Source: Piedraia hortae CBS 480.64 | Lineage: Eukaryota | Reading direction: 5' to 3' | NCBI GenBank assembly: GCA_010093745.1 | Contig: MU005987.1 | Location: 1-64,000, forward strand | Length of the DNA stretch: 64,000 bases | In this document: positions 44,986 through 56,910 of the stretch, one piece after another | Position numbering within the stretch: position 1 is the stretch's first letter | Layout of the letters: the number at the start of each line of letters is the position of its first letter | Position numbers and translations under genes: made by a program | Notes under the pieces: generated by a model | The model's database searches: none | What the model saw: the letters and a program-made list of their open reading frames with translations, nothing else | Told to the model about the DNA's origin: nothing

Positions 44986-47900
44986 TTACTTACGAAACAC
45001 TTCCACTCCCAACGCCGGCGTCTCTACCAGACAAATGCTGGGCACTCCCTCGTGTCTCCTTCGCTCCAAAAAGATTGCACACTCCCCAAGTACAACCCCC
45101 CACTCCGCAAGAGCCCTTCCGCAGTATCGTGCATTAACTCTAACCCTTCCTTGCGGCTCCGTAGCTCCGAGCTCTGCGTCGCCATTGCTCCTCTGCACAG
45201 CCAGCGCCTGCGGTGGCAGCTTTGGCGGAGAGAGCCTCAAGCCCCCCATCATCCCCTTGCCTGGTGGGCACTCAAGGCTGAATTTAAAGTATGATTGCCT
45301 TGGAGGCCTTGTTCGCTTTTCACCGTGGTTAGGCGTGGTCGGCAAGGCCGACTTTTTTGGCGAATGCACCATCTTCCGTATAAAGCTCCCGATGCCTGCC
45401 CCGATTCCTCCGCCGCCATCATCCTCTTCATCGTCGTCATCATCTACTTCAAAGTCTCTACGGGGCTGTTCTTGCTGCACCGTGGGCGGCGGTCGAGCTA
45501 GAGAGTCGAGTGAGAGGAGCGTCCGCCCCATAGTGGGCTGGCAGTCTGTACGGACAATCAGCAGCCGTCTGCTCGGTGCAGGGTTACAAGGGGCGGTGGT
45601 TGGTGGCAAAAGGTGATTTAATTCAGCTTGATGCCGCAGCCACAGATAATGCCCCCATTGTTCGTTCAGCCGCTCTTGCAAAACGTTTAGAATCATTACT
45701 TCGTCAGGACCACAGTTCAACTCCGGGCGACCCAGTCGCCAGCACAAAAGCCGCATGAAGTACGCCCTCACCATCGGGCACCAGTGATTGAATCGACTGT
45801 CAAACACTTCCTCGTCCAGCAGGAAGCCGAGACACATGTCCCGTTTGCGGTCTGCTGACGACACGTATGTCGGCCAGACAGTGTATAAGAAAGAGTAGAG
45901 ACGGATCTCCGTCATGGTATTGTGACTTTCAATCATGCGTCGAAACACAACGAGCCAAAAGGCAGAATCAATCACTCGAGGCATATCAGGCCGCAATTCG
46001 AACCGCACCAGTATGAGTAGTGCTTCCTCCAAAAAGTCCAGCAGAGTTTGACAAGCTGACTGGTCGTAAACCGTCGTCCCCTTGGCGGCAGCTTCGAGCA
46101 GTCCAGCGAAAGCAGATGCGAACCATATCCGCGCCTCCAGCCGCTCAGATGTCCCTTCAGATAGAAAGTCGCGGATAAGCATAATCAGCCGATTCTCAGC
46201 CATGAGACGGATGGCGTTGGTCTGAGGCAGCGGAAGCGGGGCCACCACCGCGTCTGGATTTGCCAAGACGCCTTCGACGGCGGATGAAGACGTCTGATCA
46301 TGCATGGGTCTCCCGCTGGCACGATGGATCGTGGCATCTAGGTTAGCGAGTATCTGAGCGTGCACCAGCAACACACCGGGGGCACACACTCTCTCCACCG
46401 CATTTGCGTCTGGTGCCAAGTAATCCGACACAAGCAAATGAAAGTGGCGCACGAAGACGTAGAAGAGATCGCTCTCACGTCCAGTCCACCTCTCCCGCCA
46501 GCGTCCCCACCACTGGACGTTGGCCGTCCCTGGAGGAAGCAGCGGCGGTGTGCGCAGCTTGCGTAGGTACGACGCAAGGGACGCAAACTCCAAGCCTTGC
46601 AGCGCAGGTGGAAAGCCAGCCGCCACATCGGCCGCCACCGCTCCCACGTCATCGAAACGGCCCACGCCATTTTGCGCCAGGACACGCCGCAGCGGTTCCG
46701 GCGGCAGGTCCCACAGCCGCACGAGCACCTCAGCCATGCCAGGCACAAAGAGAAAGGCGTAGGCGCATGCTTTGCCGCAAAATGACACCAGACTGGCCGA
46801 AGCATGGCGTTGGGACATTTTGTCGACAATAAAAGCCATTTGCGCGCACAGTTTCTGGATGAAAATGGCCCGGACGTGCTGCTGCACCGACTCTGTTACA
46901 GAGTCTGACGCTCCAGAGCTGGTGGACGCAGCCGATGATGACGACGCCGTGGCCGTCCGCCAGCAGTGCGGGCTCAATGGTGATGGGGGCAGACGCCACT
47001 CCGGCCGATCCATGATCCCCGAGATGCCGTCCAGGATAGCAGGGCGATCGGTGCCGGAGATGGACTGATTGTTACGCCCATGTAGCATCTCTATCAAGCC
47101 CGTCCACCACCGATTGAGGATCATAGCCCGGCGATCCAGATCTTCGGCACGTAGCGTGAAGTTCGACGCATGATTGGCATATGTGCGCAAAAAGGGCAGT
47201 AAGTTCGTCCTCACCACGTTGGTTTTGAGCGCGACAGATTTGGATGCAAACTTGGCGTAGTCGCCGTCTAACGTGCGGAAAACGTTCCACAACTCATCCT
47301 TCTTCTTGGCTGGCGGGGCACGAGGTAGAGGCGCTGCGACCGGTATATCAACCGACTGTGGTGTCTGCGGGCGAAGGTTGGGTAGCCGGTCGGTAGAGAA
47401 TGACTTGGGCATCATAGTGATACGAGCCACAGCCCGTACAGCTCGTGCGTCTGCTCCGGCAACTGATAGTGCGTGTTTGCGGGCCTGCACCATTGGATTG
47501 GGTAGAGCGCTAACAAGAGACGTCTCCCGGGATGAGCTGGGGCTCTTCTGGTGCCTGCGCAGGCCGCGCCGCCCGAAGAGCGCTTTGGACGCGCTTCGTG
47601 CGGGAGATTCGTTGACAGACTCTGCCTTGGGCGGAGATGGAGAGCGCGAAGGAGTGGAAGGGAGTGACGCAGCGACGCTGGGGGCTGCAAAACTGGCCGG
47701 ACGCCATCCAACTGTTCCGCTATCCGTCCGCCTTTGTGTCCCAGATCCTATTCTTCCACTGTCCACTGCTTCTCTTGGCCCGCTGTTCATAGTAGTTGCT
47801 CGTGTAGCAGCAGAGAACTCGATGCTGCTACTCCGCCGTGCCGTATCTATACTGCTCCGGTCTTCGTCGGCGTCAACAAATGGGGACGTCTCACGGGATC

Positions 47901-48087
47901 CATGCCCCTCGTCTGGTGTTGCCCATCCCTCCTCTTCATCTTCCTCGTCGCCCTGGGCCGCGAGGCAGCCAGGGAAAGCCGATGGCAAGTAAGTGTACGA
48001 GGCCGAGCGCGGCAGTTCGGTGTCGAATGGCGGCGGCTCATGGTCCAGCTGTGGACGCACCATCATTGTCATCCCCCCGCCGACCAT
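44986..48087 (-). CDS. DUF1765-like fungal protein
   Basis: 1033-aa ORF with KKKDELWNVFRTLD, ILNRWWTGL, FCGKACAYAF, FNHWCPMVRAYFMRLLCWRLGR and Y.GRALAEW..V..EC..F..RR..EGVP....VETP.LGVE. Confidence 0.75.
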   Translation of the reverse strand: MVGGGMTMMVRPQLDHEPPPFDTELPRSASYTYLPSAFPGCLAAQGDEEDEEEGWATPDEGHGSRETSPFVDADEDRSSIDTARRSSSIEFSAATRATTMNSGPREAVDSGRIGSGTQRRTDSGTVGWRPASFAAPSVAASLPSTPSRSPSPPKAESVNESPARSASKALFGRRGLRRHQKSPSSSRETSLVSALPNPMVQARKHALSVAGADARAVRAVARITMMPKSFSTDRLPNLRPQTPQSVDIPVAAPLPRAPPAKKKDELWNVFRTLDGDYAKFASKSVALKTNVVRTNLLPFLRTYANHASNFTLRAEDLDRRAMILNRWWTGLIEMLHGRNNQSISGTDRPAILDGISGIMDRPEWRLPPSPLSPHCWRTATASSSSAASTSSGASDSVTESVQQHVRAIFIQKLCAQMAFIVDKMSQRHASASLVSFCGKACAYAFLFVPGMAEVLVRLWDLPPEPLRRVLAQNGVGRFDDVGAVAADVAAGFPPALQGLEFASLASYLRKLRTPPLLPPGTANVQWWGRWRERWTGRESDLFYVFVRHFHLLVSDYLAPDANAVERVCAPGVLLVHAQILANLDATIHRASGRPMHDQTSSSAVEGVLANPDAVVAPLPLPQTNAIRLMAENRLIMLIRDFLSEGTSERLEARIWFASAFAGLLEAAAKGTTVYDQSACQTLLDFLEEALLILVRFELRPDMPRVIDSAFWLVVFRRMIESHNTMTEIRLYSFLYTVWPTYVSSADRKRDMCLGFLLDEEVFDSRFNHWCPMVRAYFMRLLCWRLGRPELNCGPDEVMILNVLQERLNEQWGHYLWLRHQAELNHLLPPTTAPCNPAPSRRLLIVRTDCQPTMGRTLLSLDSLARPPPTVQQEQPRRDFEVDDDDDEEDDGGGGIGAGIGSFIRKMVHSPKKSALPTTPNHGEKRTRPPRQSYFKFSLECPPGKGMMGGLRLSPPKLPPQALAVQRSNGDAELGATEPQGRVRVNARYCGRALAEWGVVLGECAIFLERRRHEGVPSICLVETPALGVEVFRK

Positions 48088-49288
48088 AACGCGGCCACCA
48101 CCCGCTTCCTGTCACAGTTGTAGCGACGCGAGTGGCCGGGGTAGGCCCTAGAGGTCCATGCCTACAGCGACAATGAGCGGCAGCGGTTGAGACAAGGGCA
48201 GGTCCCAGGGCGAAGGGAGCGAATAGGGGCAGAGGTGGGAGTGCGGAGGTCTTGGTTGCAGAGGGACTCACGGAGGTGGTCGAGGGCCGAGGAGCGCTAG
48301 CCGCCCGCCAGACCGGGGTGCATTGCCTCGCCGCGAGCTAGGGATATTGGGCCCGCCGTTCATTACATTCCCGACACCGCCATTGCTGCTCGAAATTTGC
48401 CTCCAACACTCTGCTGTCGAACCCTTGCCATTGCTGCCCGTGACACGTGGATCCCAGGCTGTCACGTCAAACTACCCATGACTACCAGCTTGCGCCTCAT
48501 TGGCTTTCCCAAACGCGCGCCTCGTGAACGCCAAGCATTTGCCGCTTGCCACGGTCTGTGCACGTCATTCCATGTCGGTCCGTTCCGTTCCGGTTGATCT
48601 TCGCCACCTGCGCCTTGTTTCACTTGATGGCGTTCAGATTAGCTCTCTATGTGAGATCTGAACCACCATGGCTCATCATGCAAAGAAGCGGGCTGAATCG
48701 ACAAAATCCACCACTTTTTCCAACGAATATGTCTATCTAAAACATGCAAGCCCACATGTATCATGCTATTGGGCCCTCTTCCTCTCGAAAATGACAACAA
48801 CAGCTTCAACAAGTCCATATCAAAGATTGTAGATAGAGCGACTATTCAAGCATGGGCATCAACTGCAAGACTCCTATAGTATACTCGATGTATTCCAAGC
48901 CGGTATCTACATACGCATGGAACGGGCCATTTCACATAGGTACACGCAGGTTCTTTACGCTGTGATTAGTTTTCCTCATCATAGCATCTAACAAAGGCCT
49001 TGTTCACCACTCCACACTACTTATAGAGGAACACAGAAGCCAGTACATATCAGAACTCGATTATGCTTGCATTACATGGTCTGCGGAGACCTTAAGCTAT
49101 GCTCAAAGTCTATTGCCTTCCACCCGTCCAAGAACTCCGAGCAAGATAAACATTGCATACTCCCAAACCATTCATTCGGTAAAAAGTTGGAGACTCTCTT
49201 TCAGCATGAATGCAAGATGCTGCATCGTAACGGGGCCTTGCAGCCGCATTTGCTCCGTAAAGTCGTCGTCGTCGTCGTGGATTTGCCT

Positions 49289-51112
49289 TTAAATGCGCTC
49301 CGCGGCAGGGGCAGGCGCTTCAGGACTGTTAGTACGCTTCATAGCCACAGAATTATCATGTGATTTTTTAGAATCGTCACCAGCTGCCGTCTCAGACTTT
49401 CCAGCCAAAGACGGCGGCGCATAGGCAGTAGCACCCACACTAAGCGGGCTGCGACCAGTGACCGTGCGTGGAACGAAAGCCGCCAAGCGTTGTCCAACAA
49501 TCGTCGTGGGTGCCGTCGTGTTCAAATATTGATCGAATTCCCCCAAGCCATCCTGGCCACTCGAGAGCGAAAGACCCCCTTGACGCAAGGCCTGGGTAGC
49601 ATACTCATACTCAGCAGAGCGAAACTGTCTGGCGGCCTGGGTCTGTTGCTTGAGAGTTTTCTGCTCCTGGGTGTCTGCGAAGCGAATTTGAATCTGCAAT
49701 TCTTCGTCGCCAGACTGTAGGGTATGATTTCCGAATTTTTTAATGACTTCGTCACAAACATCTCGCGATTCGAAACTGTTAAGCGATGTTAGCACTCGCA
49801 GCGTCTAATGATGTCGACTAACCGCGCGAATCCAACACCTCGTCCATGGCCATTTTTGTCGCGTAGGATGCGGGTGGATGCAACCTTGTGAGGCGCGAAA
49901 AGCTGAGCAAGCTCATGCTCGTTCATAGTCTTTGGTAAATTCGAGATGTAAAGGTTGGTATTGTTTTCATCAGCGAAAGTCTTGAGTTTGGAATAGAAAG
50001 ATTCCTAAGCTTGGTTAGCCAAGTTCAGATAACCCACAAAATAGAGTGACTGACCCTCGCAAAGCTCACTTCGTATCCAAGATAGTGGAAGCCACGGATG
50101 CAATTCTCAGCGTCCGTGTAATTGAAATATTTTACGAAGCCGAACCTTGTGGTTGTTAGTTTTGACCCTGGTCACCGCCATCCAGCTCTTACCCTTTGCA
50201 AAGGCCAGTGTTAAGGTCAATGATGGACTTGGAGCTATTGATTTCGCCAAATCGCCCAGCCCAGGCGGCTAGCATTTCGTCGGTTGTTTCCGGCAATAAG
50301 CCACGAATGTACACATTTGTTTCGCCGCGCTGGTTCTCCAATGCGCGGTCCAAAGGTTTCAAAGGCGACGAAGGAGCTGGAATAGCGCGCGGAATAGCAG
50401 GGTCCCTCGCAACAAGCATTTTGATATGCGGCGACACTTCGCTCTGTTCCGGCTGTTTCGCAGTTCCAAACCCGAAGGGAGTCATCATCGATGTGGGTGA
50501 TGGCGTTCCATGGGCAAAAAGGCCACTGGGCGAGCGATTGAAGTTTGCAGGCACAAAGCCCGGATAGTTGGCATAAGATGGGGTGGTCGGTTGATCGTTC
50601 TCGTTAGAAGACACGGAGTCCCGACGTGGTGTAATAAGAGTGGGCACCTCGCCATTGTTTACCGTTGTAGGCGTCCAGTGATTACTGGAGAGAGGACTGA
50701 TATCTTGGGCCACATAAGGGGGATAGCCCATTGGGGCAACAAATTGAGAAACGGGCGGTGCGAATAATCCAGGATGTTGCGTCCCACCAACACCATGCGG
50801 AGCGGTATATTGCCCTCCATCGCCGTAAGCTCCTGGGACTAAATAGTGATTTGCTCCAGGGTACAGTCCAGGGAACCCCCCATTGGCAGGAACAACCATA
50901 GCGTTCTTCGAAGCGAATGGAGCAGGGTGAACATTCATCCCTTGGAATCCCTGAGCCAATGCGGCCACATCAGCTGGCATGGCATGACCAAGACCCCCAT
51001 AGAAAGGACCGCGAGGGCCGTACGGGTACATGGATTCCTGCTGCGTCGGACCGTAAATGAGGTTGTGACCCGTGCTTGCAGAGCGAGAGAACGTATTCTT
51101 GAGTTCTGACAT
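49289..51112 (-). CDS. Two-RRM RNA-binding protein (MSSP/RBMS-like)
   Basis: TNVYIRGL..ETTDEML, KSIIDLNTGLCKG|FGFVKY, TNLYISNLP, GVGFAR|FESRDVC, QIRFADT; three introns at about 50147-50192, 50005-50055 and 49777-49822. Start codon uncertain. Confidence 0.85.
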
Positions 51113-53551
51113 GAGAAACAAGCAATGCCTGGAAAGCCTTTAGCACAGTGGGATCAAGGAGCCAAGGAGGAGCGTACGCTGGACGAGCGGATTCTGATGG
51201 AGCGTACGAAGAGGTAATGACAAGTGTTGAGGAAAGACTGTGATGGGGAGGTAGAAGCGGAGTGATGGAGTTGGAAGTTGATGAAGCAAAGAAGGAATAA
51301 GAACTGTCAATTTATGTGATCGAAGGACGCTAGTGCCAGTGATCGAAAGGCAGTCGAGCTCGACGAAGGTGGGTGTTGCCGCGCCTACTCTTTTCAGCCC
51401 AGCTCCCGGTGAGGGGCAATCCGAGCTCACCTTCTTCGTTTGCGGCCGCTGTGTGAATGCTCTACGTCATGTGATTTTGGTAGAAACGCTGGGAGAGCGC
51501 GGCGACAAAGGCCCCGCACGTCTTTTGGTATTTAACCCATGGTCGTACGCGGGCGGATACGGTGGATGTCACAGCTGCAAGCCAATCCGCCTTTGTCGCC
51601 GCCGTGGTTTGCCGTAGCCGGGCACCGACACATTATCAAGCGTGACGGCGGCACAGGGACGAGCTGCGCGGTCGCCGGCCCAAGCTGGTAACTAGAGAGC
51701 TGCCCGCAGCTGCTACTCAACCCCATCTCGGTCACGCAACCGCTGTGCCTCCACTGCTGCGTCCTGCCGTTCACGTGATGCACGCTCTTTTGTGGCCCGA
51801 CTCGATTGGTTTGCGGCCATAAATGCCCATGCTAACGCTGCACAGTCTAGGGCTGTCTCATCGGCCTTTGGGCTTGAGCACCGCCATCTCTGTCGACCCC
51901 GGACAAGTTGAGTTAATTGGGTGCTTCTCCAGTGCGGTTGGGAGCCGCGGGTTGGTCTTCAATGTGGTGAGGCTGCTTTGCCGGCCTGCAAGAATCCCTG
52001 CTCTCAGTTAAAGTACTGCTGCACGGTTCACCAGCTCTGTTAACCTAAGCAATGTTTCGTGAATCCTGACTTTTGAGGCAAAGCGTGGCCCATGGTGACG
52101 TTTGACAGCACTGGCGCAGTACCTGCGCCCGAGGGCAACGCGTCAGGTCACAGGAAGCTTGGAACGGAGCTGCTTTGTGTCGGCGTTCTCGACTGTGTTT
52201 CATGCAGCTATTCCCGAAACCGCAATGGCTCCCTAAGTTCTGGTCCTGGCCTAACCGGTGGGTCTTTCCCATTGGCTTGAGGCATGCGAACACATGGATG
52301 GCCGGCAACTCCCACTTACACGCTGCAGGCCACAGCCATGGATTCTGATTTTCGCGCGGTGGGAGCGCGAGCTTTCTGCACGCTGACGGATGGAGGCCGT
52401 TGAGAATGTAAGCCGCGCCACTCAAAGGGTGGGGTTGGCCAATCTCGTCCACTTACTCGTCGTACAACTTCCCTTAGGCTGTCCTTGTACATGCGACAGT
52501 GTACGGCCATGTTGTTGTTCTTTTGCGACGCCACAACGCGGGCCTCGAGGATCTTGCGCTAGAGCAAGAACTTGGCTGATCACTGCTTTCAAATGGCACA
52601 TGGCATCAATGCAGTCCATGTCATTCAATGGATGGCTGCCGACTATACTAAACCTGCCAACTGTGCTGTACAAATTGCAGTTATGTGCTGATTGACCGTG
52701 GAATCATGGACAATGAAGAGATTCTTCTTCGAAGGCTGGACAAAACTTTTGGACCTCTGGCATGGTCACAAACCTCATAATGAAGGTGACTGGCATGCCT
52801 CAAACACAATCATACGCTTCGAGGCAAATTTATTCCTTGATCGACAATCGGCTAAGATCTCATATACTCACGTTCGAGACTGTCTTGGAGTTAAAACAGG
52901 TCTCTTCCGTCTCCTTTGTTTTTGTTACTGGGTAGCAAAGAACCGCTTCCGCCGACCCACCATGGCAGCATGTCGGGATACTCAATACCCTACATAAACC
53001 CCCTGGACAAGCTAACCTCTTTCAAAAAGATGGTTTCATCTGTTCATCTTTACTCTGGGTGTTTCATCGTCCAGTCTGAGATTCATGGGCTGATAGCGAG
53101 ATCATTTCCTAGAGACATTTCCAACTATCAAACTTACGTGCTGTCAACCTACTGATGTTTGATGTACTCTTCCGTATTAGCAGGTATATTCATCGTGCAC
53201 GAGGCGCAATCTGCCCAAGTCCAAAACTACAAGAAGGAAATTCGTTAAATTCTTCGCCTTGCTGCGTCTTACCACATGCATCGTAGCTCTAGATGGCTAA
53301 CAGCTTGCGTCCTGGGAGTTGCTGGACCGCAAGATTTGATGATACAATGTTGCAAAAGTCTTCCATTAGAGTTCGGGTCTGCCAGTCGCAATCTCCTACA
53401 TTGGTCACGCCTAATTGGTTCAGGCCTGCGTGGAAGGCAGGTCTTTACCGATTTGTCAACTCAACAGAAAAGACATAGGTTGATTCGTCTTCCTTTGTCA
53501 AGCATCCGGGTATGACTGACATCTACAACCCTTTGGTCCTCTAGCCAACTC

Positions 53552-53880
53552 TCACCGCCCCCAAGCCTCATCACCCTCGCATGTGATAGTCTCGATGAGC
53601 GGACAATAAATCTCCCCCAATTCTTCCTCGGGAATGCGATGATCTGCGACATCGACTTGAGCCTTGCTGATCTCCTCACTCGAGATCGTTTTCTTGAATC
53701 TATATACGTTGAGGCGTAGAAACATGTTCGCTGAGACGAGTGCCGTGCGTTTGTTCCCGTTGAAGCAAGCGTGATTGAGAATCAACTTCGAAGCCAGAAT
53801 CGCAACGAGCATATGCAATCGCGTTTCACTGCCGTAGTGGGCTGCGTTTTCCCGGTGCACTGGCTGCTGATTCGAGGAGG
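53552..53880 (-). pseudogene. Fic/Doc (death-on-curing) family protein, probably frameshifted
   Basis: NHACFNGNKRTALVSANMFLRLN matches the Doc motif HxFx[D/N]GNKR. The upstream LLESAASAP segment lies in another frame. Confidence 0.65.
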
Positions 53881-54498
53881 GAGTCTTAACCTACTTCATG
53901 CGTTGGAAGCATGGTGCGGTATATGTGTTTGGTTGCTGGCGGATAGATGAATTAGAGTGGTTTGATGAGGGGGTGCATCGTGAGGAGGCGTTGAGGCCGA
54001 GTGGGACGAAATTCAGAGGGCGAAGACAAGGCAGATGTAGCCAAACTCTTTCTGTTTAGGGGTCACAGAACTGATCAATCAGCTGGTCTGTGAGGAAGGT
54101 TCCGGCGGCGCTAAACTATAAGGGACTGGCGTACGTTGCCTACTTTTGTAAAAAGTTTTGAGGTGACAGTCAGCAAGTGCGATGTCTGATTGATCACCGG
54201 AGCTCCAAGTGGTCAACTGTGCTCCAAGAAAGATTGGCACAGAGACAAATAGTATAAGTTGTTGCCCTTCTCAAGAATGCACCGCACGTCGAAACAATTG
54301 TACAATCGAAACGGTTGTGTTGTGGAGGATCCACTGACAAGGATCGAAATTGATAACAGGTTAAGTTTGCTTGTGCAAGAAGTGGTTGCTTAACGTGGAA
54401 TGCAGACTAGTGGCAGAGACGATAGAAGCTAGCAGCTTTCTCGAAGTGTACAGTTCGTGGGCCGTATTCTCGAGTGGAGCTTTAGGCTAGGTAACTAT

Positions 54499-54558
54499 CT
54501 ATTATAATTGTGAGCAGATGTGTACCTGCATACAAATCTCTACGGAAAACTAGTTGAC
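54499..54558 (-). repeat. Dispersed repeat copy (possible solo-LTR or MITE fragment), inverted relative to 1-60
   Basis: Exact 60-bp reverse-complement match to the window start. Confidence 0.85.
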
Positions 54559-55518
54559 GCGTGAAGTCGAGAGCCGAGCGACGGTTACTAATAATGCGCG
54601 TAATATACCGCATATTCACAACACTATCATACAGCGCACCTGCCTAACGTAGCAAACCCTAAGCCAGTTTGAGTTTAGCGGATGTGGCTAGTGAGCCTGT
54701 CCTGTCGGAAGTCGCTTATTTATTCGGTTGGTCCGGCTAGAAGCAGGAACCACGAGTCTGTGTCGCAAGAGATGGTGCTGGAGATGCTCGGTCGACCAGG
54801 GTCCAGAATCTGTTGTGTTTCGTCTGCAGGTTGCGCGTTCCAACCAAACGGTACCTTCAGGAAGGGGGACTTGCATGTATACACGTGACGGTCTTCGTTT
54901 CTAGATCATTGTCTTCTCGATGTTAGGAGTTGCTTCTGCATGAAGCAGTCCCTGCTCATTTGTAGTGATAAGCGTACATATTGGACTTTCAGGCGATCCC
55001 TTACTGTACAGTAAGCGCATACACAATCGGCAGACAAAAGAACCGAGTCCACAGATGGCAGGAGTCTTGTGGCAGGCAACCATGAGCTCTCCATGCCCTT
55101 AGCTGAGACTATACAAGCTGTGCCCAGCCTCAGAGAAATGTCGACCTTGGTGCTACATTGGCATTGGGGCTCGAGTTCTTGAGGTGACACTTGGTATTTG
55201 CAAACTATTGCTGCACATTGATCTTTGTGTATCGATGATGACGGTAGAGAACGACCACATACAGGTACTGGGCATCTTGAGTGCTTCCAACTTTCTCCTC
55301 CGAAGAACTCTGCATCATGAAGATCAACTGAACTTTTGTGTAGTACATGACGAACAACTGAGGGAACCGAGCAACGTGGGAACAGTGGGCCACAAGCACG
55401 ATGGGGATGTCAAATCCTGGGCCCAATGAGAAAACATTTATGGAAGGTAGAAGCCTGGCTGACCTTGGTTTAGACGCCAGGGTCTTGGGTGCATGTTGGT
55501 GATATGTTGTACTCATAT

Positions 55519-56250
55519 TTACTTCGTCCTTACTTGCTTCAGAGGTTTGGGGCTGTGCAAAAACTGGGCAGAATATGACTTGGGAGTGATTTTGCGCTCG
55601 TTGGGCTCCTGCACAAAGTACTCGTAGCCCTGTTTGTTGGCGAATTCAATGGCTTCTTCCTTGCTGCGGAAGTTGAGATGGGTACCCTGCATGAAATCTG
55701 CCGACGACTGCCATCCCATCAGGGGGTTCTCCCATCGGTGGCCCTTGGAAAGGACATCCCAGTCCATTCGCCAGTGGTGGCCGTGCCAGTCCCCTGATTG
55801 CGTTGCCGTCTTTGCTGGGCGGTAGATACTAGAGCCGGCGGTGAGCGCGTATGGGAAAGCATGTAAGAATGAACATACCGAACAGTGCGTGCTTGGAGGT
55901 CAAGGGGCGCACCAGAGAGGACGGCAGCCGGGGTAGTGAGGCCAGGCTCACTGCCATCCATGACACGCTTGGGGACGGGCGAGAATGCCCTGGGATGAGC
56001 GTTAGTCTCTTTCTCTTTTCTGTGCTGCTTCCTGTGGGCTTCCTTACGATGTCCGGTACTCATTATGAGCATTGTAGTCGGGTGCATCCTCGCGCATGGC
56101 CTTGTTAATCACGTCGGACTGTGTTACAACATTGTCAGTCTGGGCTGGGGTCTTTGTAGAGGTCGTCGAGTTGTGTCGTAGGACGGCCGGAGATCTCTTG
56201 AAGAGAGCAGGGCGCAATGAGGTCCGTAAGGAGTGCAGTGGATGAGACAT
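55519..56250 (-). CDS. NDUFS4: NADH:ubiquinone oxidoreductase NDUFS4-type accessory subunit, mitochondrial
   Basis: Mitochondrial presequence-like start; introns 55990-56047 and 55829-55878; RTVRIYRPAKTATQSG, RWENPLMGWQSSAD, F.SKEEAIEFANKQGY. Confidence 0.92.
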
Positions 56251-56378
56251 TGCGTGGCAGAGGTGGAGCTACTGCTGACTGCTTTCACCGAGTGTCGGCG
56301 ACGTCGGGTGTGCACGGACCACGTCGACTTCGCCAACGCGACTCCCTTTGCCCTTTGCACGCCGTCCACAGCACAATC

Positions 56379-56910
56379 ATGGTGTCCTCGATTATCCCCC
56401 CCAAGGTGCGACTGAGCCCATAAACTCCTTCAAGACTAATGCTGACTCTGAACTAGGTCGCGTCACCAAATGTATTAAACCCTCGGCCCTTCTCCGCGGC
56501 GCATTCCGCTTGCGCCCAAGTTGTTCTCGAACACACGGAAGCTGACAATGATCGCATAGGCAATCGGCGCCGCTGCCGATGCGACTCGTATGCAACGTGT
56601 CGTGTCGTTCTACGAAAAGCTCCCTCGCGGGCCTGCGCCGCAGCCCAAGCCTCGCAACCTTCTGCACCGCTACCAGCTTCGCTACATGACAGGGCGCAAC
56701 GCATCTGCCATGCGTATGTCAAATCCTACGTACTCTTCTAGTCGGTTCATGCTGACGGATCACCAAAGCTCTGGTGCATGTTATCGGCACACTGATGGTC
56801 TTGGGATACGCGCAAAACTACTATTTCCACCTGAGTAAGTGGAGACTACAAGTGCGACAGGCTGGAAACTGACACTTTGGTTAGGACATCACAAGAACAA
56901 TGCCCACTAA
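56379..56910 (+). CDS. ATP17: Mitochondrial ATP synthase subunit f
   Basis: MVSSIIPPK|VASPN|AIGAAADATRMQRVVSFYEKLPRGPAP...RYQLRY..G.NASAM|..LGYAQNYYFHL|.HHKNNAH*; four GT-AG introns. Confidence 0.92.

Noticed and set aside
1..54558. A giant 54.5-kb transposon bounded by the 60-bp inverted repeats
   Set aside because: The interval is full of core housekeeping genes, has no intact transposase or tyrosine recombinase, and the left repeat is truncated by the window; two dispersed copies is the simpler explanation.
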